Counted from the stretch's first letter, positions 19,827 to 27,957 are shown. The stretch is DNA of 64,000 nt from a virus (IMGVR_UViG_3300032285_001316:29152-93151); one strand, 5' to 3'. Notes: a model not told the origin generated them from the letters alone. Program-made: numbers and translations.

Positions 19827-21248
19827 TTAGTTAGTGGAGTACTTACCGATGCTAACGCCAAGCTCGTTGGCGATAGTAGGCGCTTCAGCATCAAAGCGCA
19901 TCTTGATAGCGTCACGCTCACCGTCCATCTTGGGGTAGTTGGACAGGAGAGAGTTGACCGCGAACTCAAAGTTCAGGCTCGTAGCATGAGACACAAAGTT
20001 CTTGAGGATACGAGTGGACATTGGTACAGAGAACTCATCGTTCATCTCGGATGCTTCACGGATATTGCTAGCAAATCCTAGGAGCGTGAAGGATGGGATG
20101 AAGTTACTCTCGATGTTGGTATCGTAGGTGAACTCCAACTTAGTACCGAAGCGGTCAATCAGCGCGGCATCTTGACGGCTAGTACCTGTGTACCCAATGC
20201 CTGTGTTCTGGTCGGCAATGAATAGCACGTCGGGGTGTACCTTGATGACCTCATTGAGTGGGTCGATACGCAACTCGCGCTCTTCCAAGAGGCTAAGGAA
20301 CAACGGAGCAGCCTTAGGAGTCATACGCGTCAACTCGTTGATGAGGATAACACTAGGCTGTTGGATTGCCGTAGCCAGTTGGCTGTACTTCCAGCGGGTA
20401 GTGTTACCTACGCCTGTCGGTACGAACCTACCCTGTGTAACTGTCTGGTCAATCTGCTGGGTACATTCGATGGTTACGAATGGCAAGCCCTTGATTGCCG
20501 CGTAGTTACGGGCACTCGATGTCTTACCTGTACCAGCATCACCAGTAAGCAAGACATTGTCTTGCTTGCTACGTGCGTTGTCGTATATCTGCTCCTCAGT
20601 AAGTCCAAAGAACTTACGTGTGAAGTAGGGCTTGACATCTGGCACGGTAAGCACTGCGCCATTCTCTGCGGTGCTGGCAACGATTGTGCTGTAATCCATG
20701 TCTGGCTCACTTTCTGTTGTCGGAGGCAATCCCACGGTGGGAAGCTCGTAGATAGGCTCACTCAAAGGTTGCGAAGCAACCCCCGCGTAAGCGGGCTCTA
20801 GTACTACTGGCTGTTCTACGGGAACAGGAACAACCTGAATGCTAGGGCTTACTACCACTGGGGTAGCAACAAGATACTTAGCAAGTACTGCTGGGTTAGC
20901 GATCGCGGCATCCATCACTTCGTCATAGACTTCGTGGAATGGGCGACCACTTACCGTATCCATATCCTTTACTGTGCGTACAAGCTTCTGTACTAGCACG
21001 GTAGGGGTGATTGGGAACTGAAGCATCTGGTAATCGGCTGGGGTAAGGGCTACTGACATAGGCACGCCTACGCTATCACCTACGAAGCTCAGCACATCTC
21101 CACCAGATAGCTCTCGCCAAGCACCTGCCGTACCCCTAAGCCCCTTACCATCACGGGTGAACCTACGGATATTGCCGTCTTGTAGAGGCACAATAACTAC
21201 CTGCTGAATACCTGTTGGGGTATCTTGCTGAAGGATAGTCGCGAACAT
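19827..21248 (-). CDS. MoxR/CbbQ-type AAA+ ATPase
   Basis: GDAGTGKT Walker A, ILINE Walker B variant, DAALIDRF, STR sensor. Confidence 0.85.
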   Translation of the reverse strand: MFATILQQDTPTGIQQVVIVPLQDGNIRRFTRDGKGLRGTAGAWRELSGGDVLSFVGDSVGVPMSVALTPADYQMLQFPITPTVLVQKLVRTVKDMDTVSGRPFHEVYDEVMDAAIANPAVLAKYLVATPVVVSPSIQVVPVPVEQPVVLEPAYAGVASQPLSEPIYELPTVGLPPTTESEPDMDYSTIVASTAENGAVLTVPDVKPYFTRKFFGLTEEQIYDNARSKQDNVLLTGDAGTGKTSSARNYAAIKGLPFVTIECTQQIDQTVTQGRFVPTGVGNTTRWKYSQLATAIQQPSVILINELTRMTPKAAPLFLSLLEERELRIDPLNEVIKVHPDVLFIADQNTGIGYTGTSRQDAALIDRFGTKLEFTYDTNIESNFIPSFTLLGFASNIREASEMNDEFSVPMSTRILKNFVSHATSLNFEFAVNSLLSNYPKMDGERDAIKMRFDAEAPTIANELGVSIGKYSTN

Positions 21249-21535
21249 TACTTATCTCCTTTGTTGTTTAGAACAATGCGCTTGTATTGGACATTGTCTG
21301 TGTGGTTGTTTACGTACTCGCTATCAAACTCGATGCGACTACTGGGTAGGTCATTGTCTAACAACCTATCCTCTAAGTACCTGACTAGGTCAAGCACTGC
21401 GTAGGGGTCATTACTTGTGTCGAAGTACAGGGCATCTAGTACCGTGTACAACTCTCGTGCCGTAAACACTACGTCTACGGTTGTGCTGTCGATGGGGTCT
21501 AGAGTCTCTACAACCTCATCATCTATCTCTAACAT
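21248..21535 (-). CDS. Acidic hypothetical protein directly downstream of the hammerhead
   Basis: AAAAGGAG RBS. Confidence 0.6.
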   Translation of the reverse strand: MLEIDDEVVETLDPIDSTTVDVVFTARELYTVLDALYFDTSNDPYAVLDLVRYLEDRLLDNDLPSSRIEFDSEYVNNHTDNVQYKRIVLNNKGDK

Positions 21536-21547
21536 GGGCTCTCCTTT

Positions 21548-21616
21548 TGACTCATCAGGCTAGGCTCTTACCTAGCGACGTGTAGCCCCCACACACAAGG
21601 GCTACACGTTTCGTCA
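21548..21616 (-). ncRNA. Hammerhead ribozyme, type II
   Basis: Minus strand: UGAC-GAAAC-GUGUAGCCC(loop)GGGCUACAC-GUC^-GCUAGG(UAAGAG)CCUAGC-CUGAUGA-GUCA. Complete core and three stems; predicted cut between 21577 and 21576. Confidence 0.93.
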
Positions 21617-21631
21617 TCTCCGAAGAGGGGC

Positions 21632-21799
21632 TCAGATAATCTCTGTGCGTGTCTCGCAGTAATCTACGCAACTAGGGCAGTCAGGGTCACCACAAGGGCA
21701 AGGCTCACCGTCTAGGTATGCGTACATCTTTGCGAGTGCTTCATCCTCACTGTCTGCTGTGACAGTGTAGGACTCTCCTGTGAGGATTGTGTACTCCAT
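21632..21799 (-). CDS. 55-aa Cys-rich protein MEYTILTGESY...CPCGDPDCPSC (not in ORF track)
   Basis: AAGGAG RBS; coupled. Confidence 0.55.
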   Translation of the reverse strand: MEYTILTGESYTVTADSEDEALAKMYAYLDGEPCPCGDPDCPSCVDYCETRTEII

Positions 21800-21957
21800 T
21801 ACTTACTCCTTAGGTTGAGTAGTACTAGGGCTAGTGCGCTCCCTAGGGCTACGGCTATGCTGACGGAATTGTTTGTGTTGGCAAGGCTTGCGCCTAGTGC
21901 GCTTGTCACGCCTAGCAGGGCGCACATTGTCGCGCCTAGCTTGAGATACCTAATCAC
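21799..21957 (-). CDS. 52-aa membrane peptide (not in ORF track)
   Basis: GTG start after GGAG; two hydrophobic stretches. Confidence 0.45.
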   Translation of the reverse strand: MIRYLKLGATMCALLGVTSALGASLANTNNSVSIAVALGSALALVLLNLRSK

Positions 21958-22205
21958 TTTGCGCTCCAATCAACTTGGTAGTACAAGTCCATGTGTAACT
22001 TGTACTCGTACTCTGACTCTTCTTGTGAGTTTGAGTAGGCGTCGTTGATTAGCTCCCAACCGTAATTGGCAGACTCATCTTTGACGTAGGTCTGTACTGC
22101 GTACCATGAGTCACCGTCGCTCTGGTCTACCAAGATAGTCAGGTAGTAATCATCGCTGTACTCGTGTAGTACATTCTCTGTTTCTTCCCAAGTGACTAGG
22201 GACAT
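21954..22205 (-). CDS. Acidic hypothetical protein
   Basis: AAAGGAG RBS before ATG 22205. Confidence 0.55.
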   Translation of the reverse strand: MSLVTWEETENVLHEYSDDYYLTILVDQSDGDSWYAVQTYVKDESANYGWELINDAYSNSQEESEYEYKLHMDLYYQVDWSAK

Positions 22206-22445
22206 TGCTTGCTCCTTTGTTATGTGTGTGAGAGTAGGCAGTTTAGACACTTGCCTAGGTGCTTCCTTTGATCCAAGGGCGGTCACTTTAACGGCTCGTG
22301 CTACGGACGCTCGTCATGATTGCCTAACGCGGTCATAAATCGCGACTATTTCAAAGGTCTACTATGAGCCAAGACATCATCACTAGCCCTTGCGGGGGGA
22401 CTATAGTCTCGTCACTGCGCGCCCTCAGGCATAGTTACCTCTTAC

Positions 22446-22613
22446 CTATCGAGAATTACATCTCTCTAGGAAGTTCTTGACGGCTTCACTCTTGGTGAAG
22501 TCGAAGTACTGGCAGTGCTCTAGGTAGGCGTGGATACCATCCACTACTACGGCTGAACACTCCCAAGCACCTTGAGAGGTACGTCTTACGGATACGTCAC
22601 TCTTGGTAACCAT
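22446..22613 (-). CDS. 55-aa hypothetical protein (not in ORF track)
   Basis: TAATG coupling to the upstream ORF. Confidence 0.45.
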   Translation of the reverse strand: MVTKSDVSVRRTSQGAWECSAVVVDGIHAYLEHCQYFDFTKSEAVKNFLERCNSR

Positions 22614-22822
22614 TAGTCCGTGTACCCTTCTACGAGCGTGCCATCTTCGGCAAGACTATCTGCGTAGTCTGCTTCTCCTACACGGTAGGCGATAGGGTCG
22701 CACAACCTAAGAATTGCGGAAGGCGAAAAGCTTACGTACCCCATCTTGTAGATTGGGTAAACCTCATCGAGCATCTCTTCGTAAAGCTCAATGAACTTCT
22801 CGTGTGTGATTGTTGTTGCCAT
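22613..22822 (-). CDS. Hypothetical phage protein (LDE.Y...S..L...DPIAY)
   Basis: AAGGAG RBS. Confidence 0.6.
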   Translation of the reverse strand: MATTITHEKFIELYEEMLDEVYPIYKMGYVSFSPSAILRLCDPIAYRVGEADYADSLAEDGTLVEGYTD

Positions 22823-22832
22823 GAGTATCTCC

Positions 22833-23174
22833 TTAGTTCTTGTGTGTGATTAGTGTTAGTACTTCTTCGAGCTTAGAGTCGGATAGACCTAGGTCATCTC
22901 CCTCATCATCTACGCCCCCAACTAGGATGGCGTCGCCCATGATGATGTCTGTCGCCCCAAAGCGCGTTCTAAAGAGCAACGTCGCTAAGAGGTTGAGAGG
23001 TAAGCCGTCGAGCTTTCCCTCTTCGTTGACGTACATAGTGAGGTCATCATCTAGGCTAACGGCTTCGATGTATCCTCCTACGGCGTCGCTAATGACTCTG
23101 TATGAGCCCTCAGGTGCGTCTAGGTCGACTGTCTGTATGCTCTTAGAGGCTCTGACAATAAGTGCTTTGCGCAT
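22833..23174 (-). CDS. DUF3846-domain protein
   Basis: VGGYIEAV...VNEEGKL.GLP.N..AT...I.GD. Confidence 0.85.
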   Translation of the reverse strand: MRKALIVRASKSIQTVDLDAPEGSYRVISDAVGGYIEAVSLDDDLTMYVNEEGKLDGLPLNLLATLLFRTRFGATDIIMGDAILVGGVDDEGDDLGLSDSKLEEVLTLITHKN

Positions 23175-23434
23175 TAGAGGCTCCTCTCTATGTATTCTGA
23201 TTGTGCTTTGACTAGACGCTTTAGGGCGCTAATCGTGTCGTGCATTTTCTCTACGCGATGCTCATAGGCGTTGACTGTTGCCTCTAGGTCTCGCTCTAGG
23301 TCTTTCTCCACACTAGAAAGGTTCTCTACTGTGAACTGATGCTCTAGCAAGTACCTTTCGTAATTGCTAATGTCTTGCGCTTTGTCTGCGAATAGAAGCT
23401 CATACTCCCACTCCGCTAATGGCTCTTTGCTCAT
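23174..23434 (-). CDS. Coiled-coil hypothetical protein
   Basis: AAAGGAG RBS. Confidence 0.55.
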   Translation of the reverse strand: MSKEPLAEWEYELLFADKAQDISNYERYLLEHQFTVENLSSVEKDLERDLEATVNAYEHRVEKMHDTISALKRLVKAQSEYIERSL

Positions 23435-23750
23435 CTTGCTTTGCTCCTTTACTCTAGGGCTACCCTAAGGACGCCCAAGCTTGTGGGGGTTCTAGGGGGC
23501 GAGAGCCCCCTAAGTCTCTTTCGAGAGGCTTTGTGTGTTATCTAGAGAGATAAAGACTTATAGAGAGAGACACACATACGTCTATACACGCTCTCCCTAT
23601 AAGCCCTCACCTGTTACATATGACATACCCTAAGAGAGTTTCTCTATCGTGGGGATTCTGTCTTATGCCTGACTTATGTACATACCATGCCTAAGAGTGA
23701 CTCTCACCCTTGTTAGCCTATGGCGATGTGCTTCCTAAGCCTAGAAACAC

Positions 23751-23780
23751 AAAAAGCCCTACAGGCTTACCTGTAAGGCT
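23751..23780 (-). terminator. Intrinsic terminator
   Basis: Minus strand AGCCTTACAGG-TAAG-CCTGTAGGGCT-TTTT. Confidence 0.75.
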
Positions 23781-23876
23781 CTCTCTGATGCTAGTACCTG
23801 ATACGAGTAAGGGGGGCTAGTCTGCGACCTGGCGGTACACTCGCTTAGCCCCCCTCTCTCTTAGAGCAGTAGCCTA

Positions 23877-24236
23877 TTAGGCGTTGATCAGCTCTACAAT
23901 GTCTTCCCAGCCTGCGTTGAGACCGAGACCCTTGATGATGCTAAGGCATTCGGTGCTTACCGCGTAGGCAAAGGAGTCTTTCCGTGCCTGCTCACTCTCG
24001 TAGGCAGACTTAGGCATACCCTTGAAAGCCTGGTATGCCTGGGCAATCTGAGGGATAGTGAAGAAACCGCCAAGGCTAGTTACCTCGTATTCGCGCGAGA
24101 GAACCTCAGCACGCTTAGCGCGCTTGAAGTCAAGCACGAATGGGCGGAACTGGGGCATACCCTCTAGCACGCGTAGTTGTGCGGGCGTAGCGGTTTCGAG
24201 GTTGAGTGCGTCGGCGGTAATAACTGAAGTAGACAT
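23877..24236 (-). CDS. Hypothetical protein, first gene of the leftward block
   Basis: AGAAAGGGGG RBS; flanked by structured non-coding DNA. Confidence 0.6.
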   Translation of the reverse strand: MSTSVITADALNLETATPAQLRVLEGMPQFRPFVLDFKRAKRAEVLSREYEVTSLGGFFTIPQIAQAYQAFKGMPKSAYESEQARKDSFAYAVSTECLSIIKGLGLNAGWEDIVELINA

Positions 24237-24637
24237 ATGTCTACCCCCTTTCTTATGTGTGTGTTTAGTTGGGGCGAATACCCCTTAGAGCCTAGGTGCG
24301 AGACATAAGCCCTAAGGGGAACAGGGTGCGCACGCGCCTTAGAGACACGCACGCGCCCTGCCCGTGTAAACACACGGAAAGATTACCTAGCCCCGTTAGC
24401 GCGTCTCTCACACGCGCCTAGGGGCGTTGCCGTATTAGGGCGGAAACCACAGTTGCCGAAGCCCCTGCGTCTAAGACAAACCTAGCCCAAGACCTGCCAA
24501 AGTAACCGCACGCTTAGCCAGTAAGCACCAGGTGAGAAACACGGTTGAGGCCCTCTCAATCTAGGCAGTAGCCTAAATCGGCCACAGTAGCTCAATTAAC
24601 AGATAGATCGCCCCTACCGATGTGGCAGACTTGATAT

Positions 24638-24769
24638 ATGGACGAGTTTGACGAGATCATCGAAGTGTCATTTACTGACCGCGAAATCGCCACGCTCAAC
24701 ATGCGCGCCCTCACCTTTGAGGAGTGGAAGGCCATGGTAGAGGGCAACGGGATCGAATTCGAACCCTAA
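24638..24769 (+). CDS. 43-aa acidic leaderless peptide MDEFDEIIEV... (not in ORF track)
   Basis: TGGCAGACT -10-like element 6 nt before ATG; flanked by AGATCGCCCCT direct repeats. Confidence 0.45.
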   Translation: MDEFDEIIEVSFTDREIATLNMRALTFEEWKAMVEGNGIEFEP

Positions 24770-24936
24770 GATCGCCCCTGCTATAAACGCTGTGTAGTTA
24801 TCAAGCTGCTAGTACTAATCTAGTCAAAGTGGCTACCTGAGTCAAATTAGCGGCGCGCGTATAAGCAGGGGCGTTTTAAGGGTAAAAATTGTGTCACAAT
24901 GGGATGAACATCCCCCCAGGCGAATAGGAAACCGTC

Positions 24937-25050
24937 ATGGCAGCAAAGAAGTCTCGTGGAGACCGTAACGACAACCGTCCCAGTGGCAAGGCGTCAAAGA
25001 AGACCCCTAAGGTATTTGACCCCATTAAGCGTCGTCTCGTAACGAAGTAA
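24937..25050 (+). CDS. 37-aa basic peptide MAAKKSRG... (not in ORF track)
   Basis: TAGGA RBS; Lys/Arg-rich. Confidence 0.5.
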   Translation: MAAKKSRGDRNDNRPSGKASKKTPKVFDPIKRRLVTK

Positions 25051-25062
25051 GGGCTCTCGGTA

Positions 25063-25404
25063 ATGACAACCCCAGAAAATACCCCCAAAAGCTCGTGGAC
25101 ACCAGCAGAGTGCGCGCACTGTGGCTATGAGGTAGTACCTGCAGAAGTAGGTCACGAGATCCACGGTAGTCACTGGGAAGAACCTTCCCCAAATGGTTGG
25201 GTACACAACCCCGCCACGGTAGGCAAGCACTGGACAGAGAATTACGACACCAAGACTCACGCAGCCATGCCTTACGACGGACGTACAGTAGAGCAGGAGC
25301 ACGCTGGGGCTGAGGAGTTCCAACGTCAACTGGACGCGACGCACACAAAAGCGGCCTTCGAACAGATCATGAAGAACAATAACCTAGGGCGACAGTTCGA
25401 CTAA
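25063..25404 (+). CDS. His-rich hypothetical protein ending NNLGRQFD
   Basis: CAHC...H...H pattern. Confidence 0.55.
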   Translation: MTTPENTPKSSWTPAECAHCGYEVVPAEVGHEIHGSHWEEPSPNGWVHNPATVGKHWTENYDTKTHAAMPYDGRTVEQEHAGAEEFQRQLDATHTKAAFEQIMKNNNLGRQFD

Positions 25405-25757
25405 TGAGCCAAAGAGAAGCCTTTGAGAACGGTAAAGAACACTTTACCTATCAGTTCCACCAGGCACCAACGTACGCAGGTACGCACGAAGTAACTGCCC
25501 ACGACACCAAGGGCAAGAAGGTTGGCTCCCTCACATGGAACGCCAACGAGATCGAGAACATCGACGTAGCTAAAAAGCATCAGGGCAAGGGTATAGCCGA
25601 GAGTATGCTCGTCCATGCTAGGCGTCAAGCAAATGACGAAAAAGCCCCTGTGCCCTCACACAGCCTCACTCGCACCCGTGCAGGACATGCATTTGCTAAA
25701 AAAACTGGCGGCGCAGGAAGCGCCATTCCAGATAAGTACATCACGTTCCTAGACTAG
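25404..25757 (+). CDS. GNAT-family acetyltransferase
   Basis: IENIDV...HQGKGIA acetyl-CoA motif A; T..G..F. Confidence 0.8.
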   Translation: MSQREAFENGKEHFTYQFHQAPTYAGTHEVTAHDTKGKKVGSLTWNANEIENIDVAKKHQGKGIAESMLVHARRQANDEKAPVPSHSLTRTRAGHAFAKKTGGAGSAIPDKYITFLD

Positions 25758-25801
25758 GTTTCTGGCACACTAGTTAATGGGGAGCTGACTAGTGGAGTGA
25801 C

Positions 25802-26038
25802 ATGTCACGCATTCTTGATATCTTCTTGCGTATCTTAGCGGTGTTCAGCATTTCGGCCCTTTCTGTAGTTGGAGCTGGTGCGGTCGTGCATGTGGACCCC
25901 CTCCAAACGATCTTGATGGCAGGCATTCTTGGTGTAGCCAATGTTCTAGAAGAACTAGCTCGTAAGTATGTTAATGACGGTCGTTTAAGTGATGACGAGA
26001 TCAACGAGACGTTTAAAAAGGCTAGCGAGGCCGATTAA
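25802..26038 (+). CDS. Small two-TM membrane protein (holin-like candidate)
   Basis: Two hydrophobic helices followed by DGRLSDDEIN tail. Confidence 0.5.
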   Translation: MSRILDIFLRILAVFSISALSVVGAGAVVHVDPLQTILMAGILGVANVLEELARKYVNDGRLSDDEINETFKKASEAD

Positions 26039-26075
26039 CCATAAAACGAGGGTTCTTCCTGGCACACTTGAATCT

Positions 26076-26561
26076 ATGAACAGAAACGAGCACTTTGCTG
26101 CGGGAACTGATGACGGTCGGTCGCATGAGGTCCCATACTGGCATTGGGATCCTAACGGGGGCTCTGAGGTACGGCACTCTACCTTAGGTAAAACCGTTAC
26201 AGACGAAGATCGCTGGGTGTTTCAAAACGGTCAGTGCCATGCGTTGGCGGAGCATCTCCATAAGTCCGAAGGGCACCCTATTTACTCGGTGTCAGAGCAC
26301 GGCATGTCTGGCAAGCGAGAGGTCACACACTTTGTTAACGCACACAAAGATGACCCCAACCTTATTCACGATGCTGATGGTTGGCAAAATATTCAAGATT
26401 TTCATGAAAAGTGGGATCCAAGTGGGAACAACCGCGTAATTCTGCGTAAAGTCAGTTTGAAGGCTATGCAGCAACGTACTGAAAATAACCCAGACTGGCT
26501 AGCCCCACACCACGAGGGTGCAGCGGCGTTTTACTCCCGTAGCAACAAGGGAAATCGTTAA
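26076..26561 (+). CDS. Putative Cys-His-Asp (papain/transglutaminase-like) enzyme with N-terminal EHFAAG motif
   Basis: NGQCHALA...THFVN...IHDADG; leaderless ATG 26076. Confidence 0.5.
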   Translation: MNRNEHFAAGTDDGRSHEVPYWHWDPNGGSEVRHSTLGKTVTDEDRWVFQNGQCHALAEHLHKSEGHPIYSVSEHGMSGKREVTHFVNAHKDDPNLIHDADGWQNIQDFHEKWDPSGNNRVILRKVSLKAMQQRTENNPDWLAPHHEGAAAFYSRSNKGNR

Positions 26562-26597
26562 CCCTTAACACACTGGTTATTCTGGCACAATTGTTCT

Positions 26598-26741
26598 ATG
26601 AGTGATAACTGGCGTAAGGCCCTAGAGCAGAAGGCCAAAGAAGCTGAGGCGGCGGATAAGCGTCCCCTGGCTACGGTTACTCCTATTACCCAGGCTCCAA
26701 GTGTTCGTTCAAAGATGCAGGCTGAGTCAAGTAAGCACTAA
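26598..26741 (+). CDS. 47-aa leaderless peptide MSDNWRKALEQ... (not in ORF track)
   Basis: TGGCACAAT 6 nt before ATG. Confidence 0.5.
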   Translation: MSDNWRKALEQKAKEAEAADKRPLATVTPITQAPSVRSKMQAESSKH

Positions 26742-26792
26742 AACAGCTTTGCTTACTAGCACAATTAATTAACAAGCTTTAAAGGAGCCCTC

Positions 26793-27032
26793 ATGGCTAA
26801 GAATCTCAAAGACTTTGGTAATAAGGTAGCTACAGCTGCTGGCTGGGCAACAGTCCCTGCCATTGTTACCGCTCAAGCATTGGGTGCAGGCACTAACGTA
26901 GCTGCAAACTTGGGCGCTGCTGGCTTGGCTGCAGGTATCGGTGCTGGAGCTGCAGTAGTTGGCCAACGTCGTCAGGTTGTTCGCAACCGTAAGGCCCACG
27001 CAATGGACGCATTTAACAGCGCACGCAAGTAG
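26793..27032 (+). CDS. Ala/Gly-rich small protein
   Basis: AAAGGAG RBS. Confidence 0.55.
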   Translation: MAKNLKDFGNKVATAAGWATVPAIVTAQALGAGTNVAANLGAAGLAAGIGAGAAVVGQRRQVVRNRKAHAMDAFNSARK

Positions 27033-27213
27033 CAGGGGCCTTCTTAGGTTAAAAAATGATGCGAAACCGCTATATCCTTAAGGGAGCCAACTACCTGGCA
27101 GCTGAGGCATATGCTGAAGAGCAGGGCTGGGAAGCCACCGAATGGATCTATTTTGGCGCTACAACCGCCGAATTGATCATTATTGATCTCGAAGACAAGG
27201 ATGTGAACTGGTA

Positions 27214-27411
27214 ATGCGCGACAATCACGAAGCACGTACCAATCTGTACGAAACAGCCAAGAAAATCGGTCTAGGCAACAGCATCGAAGACCCTCAGACA
27301 GGCACACACTGGGTAGACCTCTCTGGCTTGACCCCCGAACAGGTGTACCAGCACCCTCTTTTTGGCTCTGAAAAGCCTTGGGAACGCGAAGAACGAGAAA
27401 AAGGCAAGTAA
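27214..27411 (+). CDS. Hypothetical protein
   Basis: TAATG-coupled to a 52-aa ORF at 27056..27214. Confidence 0.5.
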   Translation: MRDNHEARTNLYETAKKIGLGNSIEDPQTGTHWVDLSGLTPEQVYQHPLFGSEKPWEREEREKGK

Positions 27412-27618
27412 ATGGCATCTATCTCTGACTCAATTGCCCTTATTGGCCTCATTTTGGGCTTTTCATTCCTCTACATCGTCAAATATGACAGTCTGAACCC
27501 CAAAACTAAGCGTTTTATGTGGGTTCTTGGCCTTCTTATCCTTCTCTATGTTGTTTTTACTTACGCTGACGACTTCGTTATCGACGTAAAGAACTTCATT
27601 GCCGCGATCAACGCGTAA
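27412..27618 (+). CDS. Two-TM membrane protein
   Basis: Two hydrophobic helices. Confidence 0.55.
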   Translation: MASISDSIALIGLILGFSFLYIVKYDSLNPKTKRFMWVLGLLILLYVVFTYADDFVIDVKNFIAAINA

Positions 27619-27663
27619 AAAAATAGGTCGCGTCGGGAAAAAACGGGTAGGAAAGATAAAAGT

Positions 27664-27915
27664 ATGGGCCAGAGCAAGCGTGGGCGCACCTTTAAAACGG
27701 GTGAAGCCAAAAAAAGCTACTATGAGCGCCTAGAGCACTACAATGCTACTGGGACATGGCCTAAGGCTAAAAGTGCTCTTAGCGGGGCACAGAAGGCTCC
27801 TGAGGCACATTCTGAGGTGCATCCAGAAGAACAAGCGCCTGCAGCTGCTCCTCACCCCACTCTTTTTGATCTAGACATCCCTACCCCACCTTCTAGGGGC
27901 ACGTTCGACCACTAG
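27664..27915 (+). CDS. Hypothetical protein
   Basis: 83-aa ORF. Confidence 0.5.
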   Translation: MGQSKRGRTFKTGEAKKSYYERLEHYNATGTWPKAKSALSGAQKAPEAHSEVHPEEQAPAAAPHPTLFDLDIPTPPSRGTFDH

Positions 27916-27923
27916 TAGCCTTA

Positions 27924-27951
27924 TTGACACCGTTTTTTTATGGTGTAACAT
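27924..27951 (+). promoter_or_regulatory. SigA-type promoter
   Basis: TTGACA-N16-TAACAT. Confidence 0.6.
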
Positions 27952-27957
27952 AGTTAC

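Noticed and set aside
17830-21248. Cobalamin biosynthesis (cobS/cobT)
   Set aside because: No cobN or other cob genes; generic phage MoxR-vWA pair
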